NCBI RefSeq assembly: GCF_006345805.1
Contig: NC_043001.1
Location: forward strand, 310,001 to 374,000
Direction of reading: 5' to 3'
Origin: Octopus sinensis
Taxonomy: Eukaryota
Length of the DNA stretch: 64,000 nt
Shown here: piece after piece, positions 24,140-37,078 of the stretch
Layout of the letters: each line of letters starts with the position of its first letter
How positions within the stretch are numbered: position 1 is the stretch's first letter
The notes under the pieces: generated by a model
What the model was told of the DNA's origin: nothing
The model's database searches: none
Seen by the model: the letters and a program-made list of their open reading frames with translations, nothing else
Program-made: the position numbers and the translations under genes

Positions 24140-24362
24140 ACACACACAAAGAGAAATGGTTGGTTCAAGGCAAGACTACATTGAACTGAATTTAAATAAG
24201 CAAGAAAGATATTATCAAAGAAAAGGCCATAGGCCTCTCCTCCCACTCTCCTTTCGCAAGCGCACATTTTTTTGGTCATATTCCTTTAGAGGAAGTTGTT
24301 TTACACATATTACTATTTTTTTGTTTTTTTTTTATGACCGGGTCAAACGCTTTAGGTTGACC
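23990..24362. repeat. Imperfect inverted repeat (~90-bp arms) around a (CA)n tract, MITE-like
   Basis: GGTCAAACTAAAGTGTTTGACCCGGTCATAAAA... (23990-24078) versus ...TTTTATGACCGGGTCAAACGCTTTAGGTTGACC (24275-24362). Confidence 0.7.
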
Positions 24363-25149
24363 CCTCTCCTTTCGAAAACATGAACAGTTTCGGAACATTG
24401 TTTACAAAATAATAGCTGATCGTTTGCGAAGGAGCGTGTCTACAGTCAACACGTAGGTCTTTTGCTCTGGTAACCTCTGCTCTCTCCCATGTTCACGCAC
24501 GACCAGCTATATATCGCTATCATTAGAACAACGGATTCAGCTAATTTGGAAATTAGTTGTGGTGAAACGGAGAATATCGTTTATGTTGCCCGTATATATA
24601 TACGCGCAGCATACACACACAAACATTGCATATATGTGTCTTTTACGCATACATGCTCGCGTGTGTGTATGCGTGACTGAAGCCATTCACACATACAAAC
24701 ATACATAACAACACCTGTCTGTCTGTTATTGCCAGTAAAAAGACGAAATTATAAAATTCTCTCTCTCTCTATCTCTCTCCCTCTCCCTCCCTCTCTTTAC
24801 ACCTTGGCTAGGAGGGGACTTAACTCATGTTTGCTTTGTAAACAATGTTAGCTTTCGACATCTTAGAAATTTAAAAGTTATGGCTCAGAATTATTTACCG
24901 TAATTTGCGGGTGTCTCGGGGGAAAATAATTTGACGAAAATACAGCTGGGATCGTGACGAATGTCCTCCTAAAATTTGAGCGACATGCATGTTAATTTGT
25001 GGATATGCATAAATTACAAAACGTACACACACACACACACATCTAGCCTTATATATATACAGATATATATATGTATATATATATATATATAATATATATA
25101 TATATACATATATGTGCGTGTGTGTGTGTGTTATGTGTGTCTGTGTGTA

Positions 25150-25365
25150 CGTGCGTGTGTTTGTGTGTCTGTGTTTGTCCCCCCCAACATCGCTTGACAA
25201 CCGATGCTGGTGTTTTTACGTCCCCGTAAACTAGCGTTTCTGCAAAAGAAACGAATAAAATCAGTACTAGGCTTCCTGGGGTCGATTTGCTCGACTAAAG
25301 ACAGTGCTCCACCATGGCCACAGTCACATGACTGAAACAAATGAAAGAATAAAAGAATAAATGTA
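25150..25365 (+). mobile_element. SINE 3' portion (second family)
   Basis: GACAACCGATGCTGGTG...GGGGTCGATTTGCTCGACTAAAG...CATGGCCACAGTC...GACTGAAACAA; homologous to the reverse copy at 27186-27535. Confidence 0.7.
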
Positions 25366-25704
25366 ACTGTGAACACACACACACGCGAACACACACATAC
25401 ACACACACACACACACACATTTTGCTGCTCTATGTGTTTATTTATTGAGTTGTTCATCCTATATGCGTGTGTTTGTGTGTGTGTATATATAAATATATTT
25501 ATATGTACATATGTATGTGTGTATACACGTGTGTGTATATACAATAGAAATCTCTATTACCTACTCCCCAACCCAATCATTCCACCTGTTTAATTAATTT
25601 CATTCCTTCTCTTCTCCTTTTCTCTGAGTTTTTCTTTTAATTCTTCACCACCCGACTCCCCTTTCAGACACCATTTTTAATGTTTTTATTCTTTTCTTTT
25701 TCAG

Positions 25705-25859
25705 GTGAATCCTCGAAATAAAGATGGTCAAACACCGCTGCACTTGGCCTGTTCGCGGGGACACTTTCACACTGTCGACATGTTGTTGGGTCACAATGGC
25801 ATCGATGTCAATGTGGTGGACAAAAATGGAGACACACCACTGCATGAGGCAGTTCAGCG
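25705..25859 (+). CDS. Ank/RING gene exon 4
   Basis: cag|GTG...CG|gtaagt. VNPRNKDGQTPLHLACSRGHFHTVDMLLGHNGIDVNVVDKNGDTPLHEAVQ, two canonical ankyrin repeats, phase 0 to 2. Confidence 0.95.
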
Positions 25860-26838
25860 GTAAGTCCCCATTGGATCTGGAATATCCAAATCTATTTCTT
25901 TTACGTTTTCAATAATGTTTGTTTCTTTTTCATTGAGTCATTCATGTCATAATCCCACCATGGGGTCATTGTCTTTCTTCTCTCTTTCGCACTGAAATAA
26001 CACTGTAATCTACTTTATTAATTAATCATCACCATAATTGTTATTGTTGTTGCCTGACTGGACATATTACTTCATCTCGTTCTCCATTTCCTCAACGTCA
26101 TAGGTTCAAATCCTCTCTCTTCTTCTTCTCATCCCATCTAGAACTACTTTCTCTCTCTCTCTCTCTTTCTTCCTCACTCTCTCTCTCCTTTGTAGTTTCT
26201 CTATTTACTCCGACCCTGGGATAAATACAGAATCATCCCCTTAAAATATTTACATTTGTCTCTTTTATGTTCCATGTTCAAATCCTACCAGAATATTTAC
26301 TATCACTCTGGGGTCAATATAAGCTGTACCAGTAATACCCAGGGGTTCCTTTAGTAAACTGTCTTCCTTCTTTTCTCCTGTTCTTGTTTCTTATTACTTT
26401 TGAAGAAAATAAATTGTGTTATTTTATTTACGACTCTTTACGTTCAGAGTTCAAATCCTGCCAAGGTCAACTTCTCCTTCCATCTTTGCAATATTGATAA
26501 AATGCAATACCAGTCATGTACTGGGGTTCATATGATTACCTGTAGCCCTTCTTTCCTTCCTAAATTTCATGTTTATATAAGCTGTGAGAATTCTTAGCAG
26601 TATTTTTCCTGTCTTTACATTTCTGGGTTTACTCAGGTGTGTATATATCATTGTTCTACTGTGTAGAGTGTGTATTGAATAAATATATATGCGTGTGAGT
26701 ATGTGTGTAATAATTGCTGTAATTAAGTTATTGTTACCTAATTGCATTTGTTTTCTTTAATGACCTAATAATTATTATCTCAAGATGTGTGATGTTTGTT
26801 TTTTTTCATGTTTTTCTTTCCTCATCCATTACTTTCAG

Positions 26839-26875
26839 GCGAAACTATGAATTGGTGTCTCTATTGCTGAACCAG
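26839..26875 (+). CDS. Ank/RING gene exon 5 (37 nt)
   Basis: cag|G...CAG|gttagt. (R)RNYELVSLLLNQ completes the ankyrin second helix; phase 2 to 0 fits both neighbours. Confidence 0.85.
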
Positions 26876-27185
26876 GTTAGTTAATAAATATATATTATAT
26901 ACACTCTCCAGTATTATATTGATCTGTATAATATAAATATTATCAAGGTACCAGTGAAATAATGGGGATGGATTTAATCACATGTACTACAAAAGCCTTG
27001 TGTTTGTGGAGAAATTGTATATTGATCATGTTGATGTTGATATTAGCGGTGTGAACAGTCCAACTGACCACCACCACTGATAATAATACCTTCAATGGTC
27101 AAATGAAACAAGGTCATTATGAGATGAACCAAAATATAATAGATATCATGTATATATATATATATACATTTATATTTCAATTGTT

Positions 27186-27535
27186 TTGCACATTTGCCTG
27201 CGGCCATGCTGGGGCATCATCGAATTTTTAGTCAAATGTATCAATCCCAGTCCTTACTTTTATTTTAAGCATATCACTTATCCTCTCAGCCTCTTTGCTG
27301 GACCACTACACACACACACACACACTCACTCACACACACACACTCACTCACACACACACATACATAGGCACACACCTCTTATGAAGCTTCTTTCAGTTTT
27401 CATTTACCAAATCCACTTATAATATTTTTTTCAGCCCTAGGTAAGTGTAGAATATACTTGCCTGAGTTTCCATGCGGAGGGATTCAACGTAGAACCGTGT
27501 ATGGTTGGGGAAAAAGCTTCTTACACTACAACCAT
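27186..27535 (-). mobile_element. Diverged SINE with internal (CA)n
   Basis: TTTGCCTGCGGCCATGCTGGGGCA... and CTTCTTTCAGTTTTCATTTACCAAATCCACT match the family at 25150-25365 in reverse. Confidence 0.65.
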
Positions 27536-27577
27536 GTATATATGGATGTGGGTGTATATATTTCTATCTATCTATCC

Positions 27578-27671
<94 letters not shown>

Positions 27672-27898
27672 CTATCTATCTGTCTGTCTGTCTGCCTGTT
27701 TGTCTCTCTCTCTGTCTTTCTATCTATGTGAATATATATATATATATATATGTGTGTGTGCATATATGCATATACATGTATATATATATACGTATATTTA
27801 TGTATATATATATATATATAAATATTTATATAAATATACAAATATATACATATATATATGTATGTATGTGTATATATATATATATGTATATATGTATA

Positions 27899-27943
<45 letters not shown>

Positions 27944-27974
27944 ATATATATATATTATATATATATATATATAT

Positions 27975-28231
27975 AATAAATATTAGGGAATAAATCCAAA
28001 TTTACAGGGAAAAAATCAGATTTAGGATTAAATCCAATTTTATAGTAAAATATTATATAATATTATTAGAGACAAAACCACTATTTTGCAAAACAAACAA
28101 GGAAAGACTTAATCAATACATAAAATTTTAATATTTTTTTTTTTTGACTTTTTATTAAAATTTTATGTATTGATTAAGTCTTTCCTTGTTTGTTTTGCAA
28201 AATAGTGGTTTTGTCTCTAATAATATTATAT
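27975..28231. mobile_element. (TA)n-flanked repeat end with a perfect 79-bp inverted duplication (Penelope-like architecture)
   Basis: Arms 28055-28133 and 28153-28231 are exact reverse complements with a 19-nt T-rich spacer. No hammerhead was seen in the retained part. Confidence 0.55.
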
Positions 28232-29137
28232 ATATATATGATAGATCGCTACCCACTAAACCTTTTTTATTTTCTCTTCCTGTCGCGCAACTGCCAAAAA
28301 TGACCAGTTACTGTATATAGCTAGCATTATGTCGATTACAATATATCTACATCCAGTACATGAAACACACCTTATTATAGCTGATATAGAATGCTGTGCA
28401 ATACAATAACTGGTTGAATAACATGAAGCAAACAAGCAATTATTTCTCCCATCTTAGAAAAATATAAAACGAAGAATTGCTGAGATTTGCTAAGTGAGGA
28501 ATGTGTTGATGTCACTAATATGAAGAATGGTTTCTATGTTTATAACTAATTAATTTGTTTTGTTGTAATTAAACCTACTCTTACTGTTTTCTACTGGTTA
28601 CTATAACTATACAAATGTCCTTTATATGTGTGTTTGTGTATATAAATATATACACAATCGTACACTTCCATTGATGTCCGTCACCCATGCTTCCCTTACA
28701 TGCTAACATAACTACCTCCTCCTCTCCTTTTCTATAACTGATTGTGATTGTTACTCTCCCCTTAACATACAAAACAAGCACCTGCCACTATCATCCCTAT
28801 TTTGACATACACACATTACTTTTCTAGAAGCATTACTGTTTCCTTGCCTTGCATCCTAGACCCATCGTCCGCATTTACCCTCCTTTCTACCCACTCTTGA
28901 TCAGGTTATCCAGAACAATTTTAGACAAATGAGGAGCCTGGGAGAAGGCAATGTCTCTAGGACTGGTGTCACAAAAAAGGGAATATGAATGAATGGAGAT
29001 GTCATAGGGTAGATAGGAAACTTAGGCTTGTTTTGGTTAGGACATGAGAACCTCCTCAAGGATGGTGCCAGAGCATTCAGTACACTCTGCTTTGGGGTTT
29101 GCATTAAGAAGGGTTCCCAGCCTTAGCTGCCATTATA

Positions 29138-29435
29138 AATGGCCCAGTTGTTAGGGCAGCGGACTCGCGGTTGTAGGATCGCGGTGTCGATTCCCAGACC
29201 GGGCGTTGTGAGTGTTTATTGAGCGAAAACACCTAAAGCTCCACGAGGCTCCGGCAGCGGGTGGTGGCGATCACCGCTGTACTCTTTCGCCACAACTTTC
29301 TCTCACTCTTTCTTCTGTTGGCCTGCTCGCTTACCCAGCGGGGTGGCATCATTTGAAGGCTAAAACAATGCGAAGCGCATTGTGACCAGCGATGTGTAGC
29401 AACATCTGATAGCCTGGTCGGTCACGGGGATCACA

Positions 29436-29440
<5 letters not shown>
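29138..29440 (+). mobile_element. tRNA-derived SINE (same family as 23004-23515)
   Basis: AATGGCCCAGTTGTTAGGGCAGCGGACTCGCGG...CGATTCCCAGACCGG...GAGCGAAAACACCTAAAGCTCCACGAGG; ends in (TA)n. Confidence 0.88.
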
Positions 29441-29488
<48 letters not shown>

Positions 29489-30328
29489 GTATATATAGCT
29501 CCCAGCACCTCGAATGTAGTAATTACACAAACGAGGGGTAATCTGCTAGCTATTCGTTAGGTCAACGTTTAGTGGCAGATACGGCAACTCCAGTTGCCAA
29601 CCATAAAGTAGAAAGTAACTTTTTTATTGCATATCAATCTTCAATATGGCAAAGTTTACAACCTTCTGCGGATTGTGAAAAACTTACTATCATCTTACAC
29701 GTTCATCATCCTTGGATCTTAACTCTAAATATTGTAGGTTTTTGGATTATAGCATTGCACAGAACAACCTGCGAAACGAATCCGAGAACAATTGGCAAAG
29801 TATTTTCTTTAGAACAAGACATCCGAGGTGATACATTCTGCACCGGAGGATGCAACAGAATCCGTTGTACAGAATCCCACCCTCAAAAGAACCAATACAA
29901 GAGGGTCGAAATGATGTGTGTGTGTGCGTGCGCGGGTGTACATTGATTTTACGGATGTGGACACTAACTGCCTCAGAAGTTTTATGAACCCCTTATTAAT
30001 ATAGCAACATCAAAAGTAAACATTAAGCGAATAATTCTTCTTTACTAGACTTGATCCGTTAATCATGTCTTCACCCTTGTTCAGTTCTCCTAAAACTTAC
30101 TATAGTCAGGAATCAAGATTCCTGACTATAGTATGACAACTTAGAGTATGTCTCTAATATACACTCAAAGGAAGTTATGGAGGTACCTTACGAAGGTTCA
30201 CTTAACTGACAGACATCAAGTGTGTATGATTAGTTTGGTCAAGTACCCAGTAGAAGACAGTAATAACATATTGACATCTACCCGAATTTTCATGCAGATT
30301 TTCATTTTCTATTTTTAACTCTACAAAG

Positions 30329-30538
30329 GATTCTGTTCAGCTTGACATCAAGAACCATCGGGAAATGACACCATTGCTTTTATCTGTCTCTGAGGGCCAC
30401 CTCGGAATGGTGCACAAGTTGATAGCAAAAGGTGCAGACGTAAATGATGTCAACAATGAAGGCAACAATTGTCTGCACCTGGCTGTGAAGATGGAGGGGT
30501 TTCATTCCGAGGTTGAACCTTTAAATATTTTAGATAAG
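30329..30538 (+). CDS. Ank/RING gene exon 6
   Basis: aag|GAT...AAG|gtaagt. DSVQLDIKNHREMTPLLLSVSEGHLGMVHKLIAKGADVNDVNNEGNNCLHLAVKMEGFHSEVEPLNILDK, phase 0 to 0. Confidence 0.93.
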
Positions 30539-30564
30539 GTAAGTTTGGAAATTGTTTATAAATA

Positions 30565-30632
<68 letters not shown>

Positions 30633-31142
30633 TTTTGAAAGAAGGAGAGTGAGAGAGCGAGACAGACAAACAGACAAACATTGACTGTCATGTCTCAATT
30701 CACACTCATCAACCTTTCTTTTAAGTAATCCAGTCCCCTACCTGATAGCCTTAGTTATACTTTGTAACTAGCAAAATTCCATCTTCTGCTACCCTCAAAG
30801 CCATGGCCTCTCCACCATAAAGAAGGTAACCTATCTTGGACATTGGTCATATAAACACAGCCATTACTGTGTAGAGGAGAGGTGACCTCCTGAAGAGAGG
30901 AAATATTCCTTAATAATAATGATACAGGTGACATGATAAATGATAACCTTTATGGTGCTGGTGTCATGATAAATACATCCAGTCCATTCTATGAAGAATT
31001 CTTCAAAAGAACAGATATCATATATGCTCTGGCGTTCTGTGGAAATGCCATAACAATGTTGAATCTCAGAACACTAGAGAATGGATACAATGAATTAAGG
31101 TCCTTAGGGAGTTTTCCCTGCATTTAAGCATTGTATGTACAA

Positions 31143-31218
<76 letters not shown>

Positions 31219-31281
31219 GTAGATGGCAACGGCTAAATGTATGTATGTGTGCGTGTGTGTGTAAAGCTATCTCTCTCTCTG

Positions 31282-31378
<97 letters not shown>

Positions 31379-31436
31379 GATAGATCACTGGCCACTTCTC
31401 ATTCTTTATTTTCTCTCCTTATTTCTTTCTGTGTTC

Positions 31437-31472
31437 CTTTGTGTGGAAGAGCGTAGGCTCGAAACGTTAAAG
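31437..31472 (+). ncRNA. Variant minimal hammerhead-like motif within a (TA)n-flanked repeat (~31378-31525)
   Basis: CTTT-GTGTGGA-A-GAGC(GTAG)GCTC-GAA-ACGT-T-AAAG: stem I, a 4-bp stem II, GAAA and a palindromic ACGT stem III are present. The core deviates at C3 and A6 and has one extra A. Confidence 0.5.
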
Positions 31473-31629
31473 TCTTTTTTATCTACACTACTTGTCTTCG
31501 TCTTTTTTTGTGAATTCTCCCTATATATATATATGATATGATATATATATATAATATATGTATAATATATGATATATATATATATAAAATACATTATATA
31601 TATATATAATATATGATATATATTACTCC

Positions 31630-32052
31630 AATGCGACCGTACGACAGGCACCCATGCCAACCCCCTTTGCTTGTGAAGACATGTTGGGGCAAGCGAAATC
31701 GAAATCGAATTGAACCAGCCAGGATCCCTGGTCTGGTGGTACGTAAAAAGCACTATCCGACTCGTGGCCGATGCCAGCACCGCCTCGACTGGCTTCCGTG
31801 CCGGTGGCACATAAAATACACCAATCTGACCGTGGCCGTTGCCAGCCTCGCCTGGCACCTGTGCAGGTGGCACGTAAAAAGCACCCACTACACTCACGGA
31901 GTGGTTGGCGTTAGGAAGGGCATCCAGCTGTAGAAACATTGCCAGATTAGACTGGAGCCTGGTGCAGCCTTCTGGCTTCCCAGAACCCCGGTCGAACCGT
32001 CCAACCCATGCTAGCATGGAGAACGGACGTTAAACGATGATGATGATGATGA

Positions 32053-32056
<4 letters not shown>
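31630..32056 (+). mobile_element. RTE 3'-UTR-derived non-autonomous repeat
   Basis: GGCACCCATGCCA...GCTTGTGAAGACATGTTGGGGCAAGCGAAATCG...GTTAGGAAGGGCATCCAGCTGTAGAAAC...GCATGGAGAACGGACGTTAAACGATGATGATG; homologous to 4330-4866. Confidence 0.9.
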
Positions 32057-32091
<35 letters not shown>

Positions 32092-32110
32092 GATATATAT
32101 ATATATTATA

Positions 32111-32166
<56 letters not shown>

Positions 32167-32544
32167 GGTGGTGCATCACCATGGCCGCAGCTCTGAGCTG
32201 AAACTTAATATATATATATATATATATATATATACAAATCATGCAAAGGCATTCACATCTATCCATCATTATTGTTAACCGTTGCAGAATTCAAGCAACT
32301 CCCTACTACCCATATAAATAAAGGGCACTTGAAATGTGGGACAGTTGATGAATATCTGTGTATTGTAGAAATGTCTACTTTGGTGTGAGAAACCAGTGAT
32401 CTCTCCACCAACTGGAATTTTCCATCCGACAAACAGTTTGAACAGTTTATCAACTATAATGTGTTGGTGCACATACTCAATCGTGACACCAGTTCGTTCT
32501 TCTCTTTCGTCACATTCATCATCAAAACATATTCTTTTTTTAAT

Positions 32545-32930
32545 TCATCATCATCATATTTTTCCATGCTGGCAGACGTTACACTCTTTGACAGGAACTG
32601 GCAAGCTGAGGAGCTATCGGGGCTCCATGTCTGTTTACGTATGCTTTCTATGACTCAGTCCTTTGTCATCTGCTCTGTGCGGCCCAATGTCTAATGGTCC
32701 TTTCTCACCACTTAATCACACGTCTTCCTGTGTCCACCCCTTCCGCACTTTCCTTCCACAATCAAAGATCTGCACTTCTTGATGCAGCTGTCTTCATCCA
32801 TATGCATTACATAATAATACCATCGCAGTCTTCTCTCTCGCACACAGCATCCGATGCCTTATATATCGAGTTTTTCTTTCAAATCCACTTAATTATGGAA
32901 ACATTGATCTGTTTAGATATGTCTGTGTGT
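32545..32930 (-). mobile_element. Short 3' fragment of a more divergent RTE LINE
   Basis: The - strand encodes LKEKL...CVRERRLRW...MDEDSCIKKCRSLIVEG with stops; (CAT)n tail at ~32545. Confidence 0.7.
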
Positions 32931-33510
32931 TTTTGATTTAGTTGTTATGCATGAGGGCCTTGTTATGTTGTTGGTATTCTCTTTTCTGGTATAACTTACA
33001 TTATTTGGGTTGTTATATTTATATATACAATACTCTTCCGTAAGTATTTCTCTTGCTATGGCCATTTGGCTCCATCAAGCCAGTTTTAGAGATAGGTTCT
33101 TGTTGGTTTGTTGTCTTTCATTATTGTGACATTTCTTTCCTTATATTTTGTATATTTGACTTGATGTTATAATAACTTTATACTGTGTTTTAATTGAATA
33201 GTTTGTGACATTTGTGATTGGCAAGTAAATATTTACTCATTAAATATCATTGTTAAGCAATAACGTTCACCACTAATGTGTTTTGTTCAACATAATGATC
33301 ATAATATTTGTGTTAATGTAGAACGTAAAGTAAAAACAAATGATAATGAAAAGTGGACTCAACTAAGAGATGATGTAAGAAATCAATGCTGTGTGAATAG
33401 TTTAATCACTGGGGAAACAAACTGCGTAAATGTAGTTGTGTAATTTGGGGCATCTTTAGTATATGTTTGTGTAATCTTTAACTCATCATTTTATATTTCA
33501 TCAATTGTAG

Positions 33511-33689
33511 TACTGCAAAGATCTGAAACTGGGAAACAAAGAAAGGTACTCTGGTGTGGTGGTTGCTAGTTACCTAGCACACCATGGGACCAACATTTAC
33601 TGTAAAAACAAAAGTGGCAGAACACCATTGGACCTAATAAAAAAGAAAAATTTAAAAAAAACGTTAAATATATTATTCCCACCAACGCC
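33511..33689 (+). CDS. Ank/RING gene exon 7
   Basis: tag|TAC...CC|gtaagt. YCKDLKLGNKERYSGVVVASYLAHHGTNIYCKNKSGRTPLDLIKKKNLKKTLNILFPPT resembles the last ankyrin segment of Mind bomb proteins; phase 0 to 2. Confidence 0.9.
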
Positions 33690-34148
33690 GTAAGTATTCA
33701 CTGGCAATGACAAGATAAACCATTACATTTTCTATTTTGTATATAACCGTGTTTATATGTTTATATTATTTTAATTCGACTGATACATTATACTGTCTTA
33801 GTGGCTTAATGAAAGGTTAGACAACAACAGTAAGAAGAACAATAAACAATATGCAGATGTTAAGATAATTAAAAGAAAGGACACTATTTTGATTACATTC
33901 AAATGATTGGTTGTGTTGACTTTTATACCTCTCTTAAAATCCCAACCCACCTCTCTCAGTTCCCTATTTTAAAGATTTGGGACCAATGAGAAAATGTAGA
34001 AGTAAATAGTGAAGTGATGGAATTTATCTGTCTACCAACAGATTTTTCCTCTGTCTTCTCTGTCCCAGCCAGTCATGTCCATGTGAGCTATCCTGAGAAA
34101 ATCAACTACAAACATATACTATAACATATACTATAATATATATTATAA

Positions 34149-34673
<525 letters not shown>

Positions 34674-34684
34674 ACACACACACA

Positions 34685-34779
<95 letters not shown>

Positions 34780-34783
34780 GTAT

Positions 34784-35058
34784 CAAAGATATGTATCACA
34801 TTATAGCAGGTTTGAGGAAAAACCGAGTTTCATTGGGAAAGTAAATCCTCACAGGCGTATATGACATTGCGAGACTCCAAAACAAATCGTTCATACCGTT
34901 TTTTCATTCGATAAAGAATGAATGAAAAAAATGGTATGGACGATTTGTTTTGGAGTCACGCAATGCCATATACGCCCGTGAGGATTTACTTTCCCAATAA
35001 AACTCGGTTTTTTCTCAAACTTTTTCTCAAACCTGCTATAATGTGATACATGTCTTTG
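34784..35058. repeat. Imperfect inverted repeat, ~125-bp arms
   Basis: ATGTATCACATTATAGCAGGTTTGAG...AAAGTAAATCCTCAC... mirrored at 34921-35058, with scattered substitutions and a 12-bp duplication in the right arm. Confidence 0.88.
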
Positions 35059-35409
35059 GTGTGGTAATTTTACATGGCTGAAGAAGGCTTTTGATCTACC
35101 TGTTATATCAATTATGCATTGATATATATTGTTCAATAAAGCCCAAAACATATCTACCGCAAAATCCTTTGCGTCCTGTTTTTCTTTTGATACATATATC
35201 CTATCACCTATACGACTAGCTGGCATATACAGGTGCTTACATTTATCAAGTATTCACCCTGAATTTATATATATATATATATATATATATAAAGGGTAAA
35301 GAAATCATTTGGTCATGAATGATCATCGGATAGCATCCAGGATGTTAGATGTTACTCTCCGAGGCACGAGGCCGGGTAATTTTTTTATGGAAGACCAACA
35401 GTGGCCTAT

Positions 35410-35620
35410 GTATGCCACACTCCATTCTCCACGCCACCAATGTCATCTAAGAGAAAGGCAAGGGCCGATACAGCTTGACACCAGTGGCATAATAACTCAC
35501 TTCTAAAGCCTATTGAACTGGAAAAACATGGAAATATTGTGTCTTGCTCAAGCACAAAATCGAACTCCCTACCTCATGAGTGTGAGGCTGAGGTTCTAAC
35601 CACTGAGCCATGCATCTTCA
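35410..35620 (-). mobile_element. Diverged tRNA-derived SINE (third family)
   Basis: The - strand reads TGCATGGCTCAGTGGTTAGA (A-box) ... GAGTTCGATT (B-box) ... CTTGAGCAAGACAC. Confidence 0.65.
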
Positions 35621-36072
35621 TATATATATATATATAATCAAATTAAGCAACAGGATATCAAGTCGTGATACAATACGACCGTTTCAAGCGCCTCCATTCT
35701 ATTGAACAATGCAATCAATACATCAATTTAAATGCAGTGCCATCTTTAGCTGTAGAAATAAATGAATAGAATTTTAACCATTCGGACACATTACTGTAAT
35801 GTTTCTAAACTATTTTAACAGAGTAAGAAGATGGAAGAAATTAATGTTATCGATATTGTAGCTAAGAAAAAACTACACTTCCAAGAATCGCATGAAGCCT
35901 ATTGGGGTGATAGTGTTGTAAAGGATTGTAATTCATTTGTATTTTATCTCTTTATCAACTACTAAATCTAAGACCAGAAGACAGTGTCCTGTTTTGAATA
36001 AAGGACAAGGATGAGTTGACAGCTCATGGCTAGGTATGGTCATAAATGTTGTATGTATTCCTTTTCCTCCAG

Positions 36073-36108
36073 GCAGAAAGAAGACATTAGTAGTCAATTC
36101 GATATAAA
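36073..36108 (+). CDS. Ank/RING gene exon 8 (36-nt linker micro-exon)
   Basis: cttttcctccag|G...AA|gtaagt, strong splice sites. (P)QKEDISSQFDI(K), phase 2 to 2; skippable without frameshift. Confidence 0.7.
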
Positions 36109-37078
36109 GTAAGTGTCCATAAAAATAGGCTTAGTAGTGTAAGACTTTAAATCATGATGTTGATTACCAGTTAAAGGGGTAAGACGCAAAGAAACCAAAG
36201 ATGTTAATGCAGACGAAATTTTATTATGTGTGATTGTTTATAAACAATATTGCTATGTTGTATAAAAAATATAATTAAGATTGTCAAAAATGGTATCAAT
36301 ACCGAAATAGGTAAAATGTGTGTCTTTATTTATTATAAACATTAAAAATGAAAGATTACCGGAGACTAAACAGTATGCCTATGCCTCAGTAGAAGGTAAA
36401 TCTGCAAAATCTAGGTTTTGGTACAATCAATTTAGGCAGATGAAATTTTGGGGAGAAATACATTTGAAGTGGACAATTTGTCAAAACATGTTTGTAGATC
36501 AATGATTTCTTTAGATACACCAATAACAATTACATCATGTGTGGCAGAATCAGTGGTTTATTTCTCAATGTCCCTGGATTTAGCTATAACTAGGGGTAGA
36601 TTTTTACCTGATGTTTTCTTATATGGTCCTTTAATGTATGATTATGTAAGGAACTTTGCTTTTAATATCCGTCACAACAAATGTCCAGAATTTTCCTGTG
36701 GATGGCCAGATTTTGTTCGACTGCAATGATGGGGAAAGACACACAGGCCAGCAACTGATGGGATCAAACAACCATAATGCATCTTTGATTGGCCTGAAGT
36801 TAATGGTGCATAGAAACATTGCATTTATTGCAGTCAACTCATCTGTTTTTAAAATGTTCTACAGTTTTGTACATATACATTGTATTGTATTCTCAAAGCA
36901 TTCTTCTATTTTAGAACAGTAACTTGTTTTGTTATACGGATCTCGTATATATGAAGCTATAGCAAAGGTGGCCCGTCTCTCCATCCATAAAATTCAAAGC
37001 CAGTTGTCTAAATATAGAGGACTTGTGAAACAGATTAGATACAATAAAGTGTTTTATATATACATATATTAATGGTTG

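Noticed and set aside
29572-29946. 124-aa ORF in intron 5
   Set aside because: No recognisable motif or fitting splice sites. It may be a decayed transposon fragment but cannot be assigned.
35076-35110. CTGAAGAAGGC as a hammerhead core next to the 34784-35058 inverted repeat
   Set aside because: GAAA and stem III are missing; too degenerate to call.
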